From assembly GCA_964016885.1 (NCBI GenBank), contig OZ024766.1, positions 22,258,001 to 22,322,000 of the forward strand: a stretch of DNA of 64,000 nt, read 5' to 3'. Positions 55,375 to 64,000 of this stretch are shown here, piece by piece. The notes beneath the pieces were generated by a model that did no database searches, had not been told where the DNA came from, and saw only the letters and a list, made by a program, of their open reading frames with translations. The number at the start of each line of letters is the position of its first letter. Position 1 is the stretch's first letter. The DNA comes from Eledone cirrhosa. Lineage: Eukaryota. The position numbers were made by a program, and so were the translations under genes.

Positions 55375-56256
55375 GATTGCCTCAAGAACATAGCCTTATG
55401 TAACAAGCCTTATCAATAAGGGCAGTGAGACATGGGCAGCAACTACAGAGGATATGCGATGGCTGGAGAGAAATGAAGCAAGTACGCTCTGTTGGATGTG
55501 CAGTGTAAATGTGCGTGAACGACCAAGCATAGACGAGTTGAGAGAGAAACTGGGTATAAGAGGGATAAGTTGTGGTGTGTGGGAGAGAAGACTGAGATGG
55601 TATGGACATGTGATGAGTTGAGAGAGAAACTGGGTATAAGAGGGATAAGTTGTGGTGTGTGGGAGAGAAGACTGAGGTGGTATGGACATGTGATGTGTTG
55701 AGAGAGAAACTGTGTATAAGATGGATAAGTTGTAGTGTGTGGGAGAGAGGACTGAGATGGTATGGACATGTGATGAGTTGAGAGAGAAACTGTGTATAAG
55801 AGGGATAAGTTGTAGTGTGTGGGAGAGAAGACTGAGGTGGTATGGACATGTGATGTGTTGAGAGAGAAACTGTGTATAAGAGGGATAAGTTGTAGTGTGT
55901 GGGAGAGGAGACTGAGATGGTATGGACATGTGATGTGTTGATAGAGAAGCTGGGTATAAGAGGGATAGAATGTAGTGTGGGGGAGAGGAGACTGAGATGG
56001 TATGGACATGTGATGCACATGGAGGATGACCGCTGGGTAAAGAAGTGCCAAGAAATCCCAGTAGAAGGAAGACGCAGTAGAGGAAGACCACGAAAAACAT
56101 GGGCGGAGGTGGTGAGAGCAGACCTCAGATCACTGAAACTCACGGAGGAGATGACGAAGGATCGAGACAAGTGTAGAGATGCTGTGCTGAATAGGACCCA
56201 TCCCACCCTTGCAAGCAGGGAAAAGTAGACATAAAATGGCGACGACGATGATGATA
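55375..56256 (+). mobile_element. RTE-type LINE 3' fragment with 80-bp tandem array (55535-56015, ~6 units) and intact 3' tail
   Basis: ETWA...ELREKLGIRGI...RRLRWYGHVMHM...RGRPRKTW...DRDKCR; tail CCCACCCTTGCAAGCAGGGAAAAG...GATGAT. Confidence 0.85.
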
Positions 56257-56629
56257 TATAGAATGGCCAATGGAACTTCTTTTTCCGTTTTTAAGGGTCT
56301 TTTTAAGGTGTTCAGCCTATTTTATAAGTTATAAAACTCTCTCTGTAGCGTCTCTCAACGTGACCACATTGTGTTAACGAACTAATAATTATCTGCCAGA
56401 TGTTATGAACTAATTAGTGTTGTATTAACTAATCTAGGAATTGTTGTTCTTTTAATTAGACAATCTATTAATTGTCGTTTGTCGTTAATTGTCGGTTAAT
56501 TAGATAAATTGTTTTTTACATGTCAGGAGTGGATTAATTAGAGGTTGTTGTTGTTGTGTTGACTTAGGTCATGTTTGTTGTTATTGTGGGTTGTGTGTGT
56601 GTGTGGCACTGGGTGTTTGTGTTTGTTTT

Positions 56630-57528
56630 GAGGGAGATTTGGCTGCTATTTCTACCAGGCTACATCTATCTACCATGTAGAGGTCTCCCTGTATACATAA
56701 GACTCTAGGCTGTGACTTGAGGGAGATCTGGCTGCTATTTCTAGCAGGTGTAGCCACCATGTAGAGGTCTCCCTTAGGCTGTGACTTGAGGGAGATCTGG
56801 CTGCTATTTCTAGCAGGTGTAGCCACCATGTAGAGGTCTCCCTTAGGCTGTGACTTGAGGGAGATCTGGCTGCTATTTCTAGCAGGTGTAGCCACCATGT
56901 AGAGGTCTCCCTTAGGCTGTGACTTGAGGGAGATCTGACTGCTATTTCTAGCAGGTGTAGCCACCATGTAGAGGTCTCCCTTAGGCTGTGACTTGAGGGA
57001 GATCTGACTGCTATTTCTAGCAGGTGTAGCCACCATGTAGAGGTCTCCCTTAGGCTGTGACTTGAGGGAGATCTGACTGCTATTTCTAGCAGGTGTAGCC
57101 ACCATGTAGAGGTCTCCCTTAGGCTGTGACTTGAGGGAGATCTGACTGCTATTTCTAGCAGGTGTAGCCACCATGTAGAGGTCTCCCTTAGGCTGTGACT
57201 TGAGGGAGATCTGGCTGCTATTTCTAGCAGGTGTAGCCACCATGTAGAGGTCTCCCTTAGGCTGTGACTTGAGGGAGATCTGACTGCTATTTCTAGCAGG
57301 TGTAGCCACCATGTAGAGGTCTCCCTTAGGCTGTGACTTGAGGGAGATCTGACTGCTATTTCTAGCAGGTGTAGCCACCATGTAGAGGTCTCCCTTAGGC
57401 TGTGACTTGAGGGAGATCTGACTGCTATTTCTAGCAGGTGTAGCCACCATGTAGAGGTCTCCCTTAGGCTGTGACTTGAGGGAGATCTGACTGCTATTTC
57501 TAGCAGGTCTAGCCACCATGTAGAGGTC
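56630..57528. repeat. 69-bp minisatellite, ~12 units
   Basis: gagggagatctggctgctatttctagcaggtgtagccaccatgtagaggtctcccttaggctgtgactt repeated. Confidence 0.93.
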
Positions 57529-57539
57529 TTGATGACTCC

Positions 57540-57571
<32 letters not shown>

Positions 57572-57834
57572 ACCCCCTACCAAAGCTTTGTTGACTTAGA
57601 AACCAGCTGTTATCTACCCCCCCCGTTCACCCCTCACCCCTCCCTGCCCCCGTTCACCCCTCACCCCCTCCCTGCCCCCGTTCACCCCTCACCCCCTCCC
57701 TGCCCCCGTTCACCCCCCTCTGTCTACCGTATCTTTTCATCTATCATACCTTTTGTCACCCCTAACCCTTCTCTAGACACACACACATGTATATATGTGT
57801 GTATACACACACACACACATATATATATACACAC

Positions 57835-57867
<33 letters not shown>

Positions 57868-58100
57868 TGTATATATGTGTGTATACACACACACACACAT
57901 ATATATATACACACATATATATATATACACACACACACACATATATATATATACACACACATATATATATACACACATATATACACACACACACACACAC
58001 ATATATATATACACACATATATATACACACACACACTTATATATACACACACACACATATATATATATACACACACACACTTATATATACACACACACAC

Positions 58101-58145
<45 letters not shown>

Positions 58146-58150
58146 CACAC

Positions 58151-58197
<47 letters not shown>

Positions 58198-58224
58198 CAT
58201 ACACATATATATATATACACACAC

Positions 58225-58267
<43 letters not shown>

Positions 58268-58274
58268 CATACAC

Positions 58275-58325
<51 letters not shown>

Positions 58326-58330
58326 CATAC

Positions 58331-58449
<119 letters not shown>

Positions 58450-58512
58450 CATACACATATATGTATATATCAAATTAAAAATGGGAGGAAATATTAAACA
58501 AAATTATACCTA

Positions 58513-58547
<35 letters not shown>

Positions 58548-58703
58548 CATATATGTGTGTGTGTATATATATTCGTATATATAGATATGTGTATATATAT
58601 ATATATACACATATCTATATATACGAATATACACACACATATATATACACATATACATACATAATTATATACACATATACATACATAATTATATACACAT
58701 ACG

Positions 58704-58738
<35 letters not shown>

Positions 58739-59257
58739 CTACACACACACATTTATATAAACTCGTACACCTACATACACATACATATATACACATATAC
58801 ATATATATACACACACATATATACACATATACATATATATATACACATATACATATATACACACACACACACATATACACACACACATATATACACACAC
58901 ACATATATATACACACACATACATATACATATATATATACATATATACACACACATATATATACACATATATATGTAAATATGTTTGTCACCTCTAACAA
59001 CTACCACCACTCCCCCCTCCCCCATCAACGCTCACCCCCCCTCTCTCTCTAAACAAATCCTCTCACTACTTCCCCCCCCCCTCTCTACTACAATATATAC
59101 TGCAGCTGTCCAGCTTTCTCTCAACCATACCTCACACTCACTCTCTCATATTTCTTAGCCCTCCCCCTCTCCTCTTCCTGACCCTCATATCTCTGACTTA
59201 GTCTCTCCTTCTCTCTCTCCCCCCCCCCCACACACCATCTGTCTGTCTGTCTGTCTG

Positions 59258-60812
59258 ACCTAGGCTAGCTCTACAATGTGTACCTGGGTATATAACACCC
59301 TAGGCTAGCTCTACAATGTGTACCTGGGTATATAACACCCTAGACTAGCTCTACAGTGTGTACCTGGGTATATAACACCCTAGACTAGTTCTACAGTGTG
59401 TACCTGGGTATATAACACCCTAGGCTAGCTCTACAATGTGTACCTGGGTATATAACACCCTAGACTAGCTCTACAGTGTGTACCTGGGTATATAACACCC
59501 TAGGCTAGCTCTACAATGTGTACCTGGGTATATAACACCCTAGACTAGCTCTACAGTGTGTACCTGGGTATATAACACCCTAGACTAGCTCTACAATGTT
59601 TACCTGGGTATTTAACACCCTAGGTTAGCTCTACAATGTGTAACTGGGTATATAACACCCTAGACTAGCTCTACAATGTGTACCTGGGTATATAACACCC
59701 TAGGCTAGCTCTACAATGTGTACCTGGGTATATAACACCCTAGACTAGCTCTACAGTGTGTACCTGGGTATATAACACCCTAGACTAGCTCTACAGTGTG
59801 TACCTGGGTATATAACACCCTAGACTAGCTCTACAATGTGTACCTGGGTATATAACACCCTAGGCTAGCTCTACAGTGTGTACCTGGGTATATAACACCC
59901 TAGACTAGCTCTACAATGTTTACCTGGGTATTTAACACCCTAGGTTAGCTCTACAATGTGTAACTGGGTATATAACACCCTAGACTAGCTCTACAATGTG
60001 TACCTGGGTATATAACACCCTAGGCTAGCTCTACAATGTGTACCTGGGTATATAACACCCTAGACTAGCTCTACAGTGTGTACCTGGGTATATAACACCC
60101 TAGACTAGCTCTACAGTGTGTACCTGGGTATATAACACCCTAGGCGAGCTCTACAATGTGTACCTGGGTATATAACACCCTAGACTAGCTCTACAGTGTG
60201 TACCTGGGTATATAACACCCTAGGCTAGCTCTACAATGTGTACCTGGGTATATAACACCCTAGACTAGCTCTACAGTGTGTACCTGGGTATATAACACCC
60301 TAGGCTAGCTCTACAATGTGTACCTGGGTATATAACACCCTAGACTAGCTCTACAGTGTGTACCTGGGTATATAACATCCTAGGCTAGCTCTACAATGTG
60401 TACCTGGGTATATAACATCCTAGGCTAGCTCTACAATGTGTACCTGGGTATATAACACCCTAGACTAGCTCTACAGTGTGTACCTGGGTATATAACACCC
60501 TAGGCTAGCTCTACAGTGTGTACCTGGGTATTTAACACCCTAGACTAGCTCTACAGTGTGTACCTGGGTATATAACACCCTAGACTAGCTCTACAGTGTG
60601 TACCTGGGTATATAACACCCTAGACTAGCTCTACAATGTGTACCTGGGTATATAACACCCTAGGCTAGCTCTACAGTGTGTACCTGGGTATATAACACCC
60701 TAGGCTAGCTCTACAGTGTGTACCTGGGTATATAACACCCTAGACTAGCTCTACAGTGTGTACCTGGGTATATAACACCCTAGACTAGCTCTACAATGTG
60801 TACCTGGGTATT
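59258..60812. repeat. 40-bp minisatellite, ~39 units
   Basis: tacctgggtatataacaccctag(g/a)ctagctctaca(a/g)tgtg repeated. Confidence 0.96.
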
Positions 60813-61027
60813 AACCGTTTCATTATTAAATTGGTAGCTGGAACGTAACTTAAAAGAGGTTTTTACATAAATTATGATGGAAGGTTTCTTTTATATAAAT
60901 ATAAACACTTTAACCCTTTCATTACCACATTTCTAGTGGAACTTAACTTAACAAAGGTTCTTACATAGAATAATCAAGTTTTTAGATTGATTTAATAAGT
61001 AATTTTCTCCCTGTGTGATATATATAA

Positions 61028-61079
<52 letters not shown>

Positions 61080-61117
61080 TTGTGTGTGTGTATATATATA
61101 TATGCCCGTTACATGTT

Positions 61118-61150
<33 letters not shown>

Positions 61151-61222
61151 GCGTGTGTGTGTGTTTGTGTTTATATATATATGTGCGCGTTACATGTTTG
61201 TGTGTGTGTGTGTATATATATA

Positions 61223-61267
<45 letters not shown>

Positions 61268-63060
61268 CTTACATGTTTGTGTGTATATATATATATATAT
61301 ATGAGAGAGAAAATAAAAACGAATTTCGTTCCGCCGTCTTCTTAGCTTACGTTACAACTTTTTACTTTCACCCGGAAGTTGAAATTTGTCGTGGACTTTA
61401 GTAGGACCCTCAAATAGGACCTTGCCTTATATTTATCTTTTCTCGCCTCCCCTTCATTTTTCTCTCATGTTATGTTATGACCTCCTTCTCCTCTCTCTGT
61501 TTTACTGTCTTTCAATTTATTCCCCCTCGCTTTATATACTAATACGTTTTCTTTCTCCCTCCCTTTATCTTATGGTATCTCTTTATTCTCCCTCTCTCTT
61601 TACTTATACCTCTTGTTCCTCTCTTTCCTTATACCTCTTGTTCCTCTCTTTCCTTTGTCGTCTGCCTTTTCTCTCTCGTTACTTATATACTTTCTCTCTT
61701 GCTCTCTCTTTCTCTCTCTTAGCTTCTAGTCTTTCTTCCTTTGTCTTCTCTCCCTCTCTCTCTATAATTATAGACTTTTTCTCTTACTTCCTCTCTTTCT
61801 ATCGTCGTCTGCTCCTCTCTCTCTATAATTATAGACTTTTTCTCTTACTTCCTCTCTTTCTATCGTCGTCTGCTCCTCTCTCTCTGTGTCTTAGTTTCTT
61901 TCTATTTCCCCCTCTCTCTGTGTCTCTTTTCATTCCCCTCTCTCTCTGTGTCTCTTTTCATTCCCCTCTCTCTGTGTCTCTTTTCATTCCCCTCTCTCTG
62001 TATCTTAGTTTCTTTCTATTTACTTTTACTTTACCTCTTGTTTTTACTTATAAAACCATACCTCTCCCCTTCCGCTGCGTCTTGGTTTTACCTCCCCCTT
62101 TGTCTTACGTCTTACGTATTCTCACACCGCTACTCCCTCTCTCTACATTATCCTCTTACACGCTTCCTTCCTTCCCCCTCTCTCTCTATACTTACACACT
62201 CTCCCCCTCTCTCTATACTTACTCTCTCTCCCCCTCTCTATGCTTACACTCTCTCCCCCTCTCTATACTTACACTCTCTCCCCCTCTCTCTATACTTACA
62301 CTCTCTCCCCCTCTCTCTATACTTACTCTCTCCCCCTCTCTCTATACTTACTCTCTCCCCCTCTCTCTATACTTACTCTCTCCCCCTCTCTCTATACTTA
62401 CTCTCCCCCTCTCTCTATATATACATATATCGTTTTACTCACTCTCACCCTCTCTCAATACTTATACCTTTTCTCTCTCCCCCTCTCTATATTTACCAAC
62501 TTTTACTTACACTCTAACATCTCCTCTCTTCCCTTCCTGTCTATCTACCATTTACTCCTCCTTTCTCACAACTTAAACCCTTTCACCCTCCACTTACTTT
62601 ACGCATTGCTGTTTCCCCCCTCTCTATATCTTTACTTATTTTCCAGTCTTTTACTCTCACTCTCTCTTTCCTTATACTCTCTCTCTATTCTCACCCTCTT
62701 CTCTTTGTTTATTACTCTTTTTATCTACTTATACTGTCTCTCTTTTCGTCTCTCTCTCCGTCTCTCTCTCTTTTCGTCTCTCTCTCTTCGTTTCTCTCTC
62801 TCTTCGTTTCTCTCTCTCTCTCTTCGTCTCTCTCTTTCTTCGTCTCTCTCTCTCTTTCTTCGTCTCTCTCTCTCTTTCTTCGTCTCTCTCTCTCTCTTTC
62901 TTCGTCTCTCTCTCTCTCTTTCTTCGTCTCTCTCTCTCTCTTTCTTCGTCTCTCTCTCTCTCTCTCTCTTCGTCTCTCTCTCTTCGTCTCTCTCTCTCTC
63001 TCTCATGTTTGTTCCCCCTCCTCCTCTCACCCATCCTATGTCGGTCGTCAGCCTGAGGGA

Positions 63061-63116
<56 letters not shown>

Positions 63117-63436
63117 CACAAACAAACACACACACATATACACACACACATGCTAACGCGTTTAGCCACTTAGATTAACAGACACACACACACACATCTA
63201 TTAAAATATATACACACAGATGTATATACATACAAACTTTTGACCCACACACACATATACATACATACATACTTACATATATATATACATACACACATAT
63301 GTCTTGACATACAGACATATACATATATATATACATATATATATATATACACACACTTAAATTTAGTAGCTACTTATGTTGCATTAAATCACACACACAC
63401 ACACATATATATATGTATGTATGTATATATACATAC

Positions 63437-63467
<31 letters not shown>

Positions 63468-64000
63468 ACCATACACTTTTATTAATGTAGCTACTTATAA
63501 TACACACACATATATATATACACACATATATACAGACATACACACACATATATATATACACACATATATACAGACATACACACACACATATATATACACA
63601 TATATACAGACATACACACACACATATATATACACACATATATACAGACATACACACACACATATATATATACACACATATATACAGACATACACACACA
63701 CATATATATACACACATATATACAGACATACACACACACATATATATACACACATATATACAGACATACACACACACATATATACACACATATATACAGA
63801 CATACACACACACATATATATACACACATATATACAGACATACACACACATATATATATACACACATATATACAGACATACACACACACATATATATACA
63901 CACATATATACAGACATACACACACACATATATATACACACACACATACATATACAGACAAACACACATGTATATAAAGACACACACATATATATATATA

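Overview
Eukaryotic, extremely repeat-rich genomic DNA. It is not prokaryotic; the microsatellite load, tRNA-derived SINEs and RTE-type LINE fragments suggest a coleoid cephalopod such as Octopus (inference only). The window holds an internal part of one large + strand, intron-rich gene encoding an ANKS1A/ANKS1B-like protein (ankyrin repeat and SAM domain-containing protein 1). I reconstructed 13 GT-AG exons (10655-43116) whose splice phases all join in frame, plus a probable 21-nt microexon (51588-51608). Exon numbers count exons within this window only. The first six exons encode the ankyrin repeats; two giant GC-rich exons encode homopeptide-rich disordered sequence. The start codon and SAM/PTB exons are not visible. 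Introns are filled with SINEs, RTE-type LINE 3' fragments, TTAA-flanked piggyBac-like MITEs, microsatellites and over a dozen minisatellite arrays, many amplified from short internal segments of those transposons. The most notable signals are: (i) several type I hammerhead-ribozyme motifs in short (TA)n-flanked, often palindromic elements, one with an apparently intact fold on the pre-mRNA sense strand (45680-45735); (ii) an ~830-bp nested palindrome; (iii) a 1.5-kb inverted duplication bracketing a frame-preserving exon cassette; (iv) the microexon; (v) a SINE-LINE pair sharing a 3' tail. Nearly all long ORFs in the supplied track are microsatellite artefacts.
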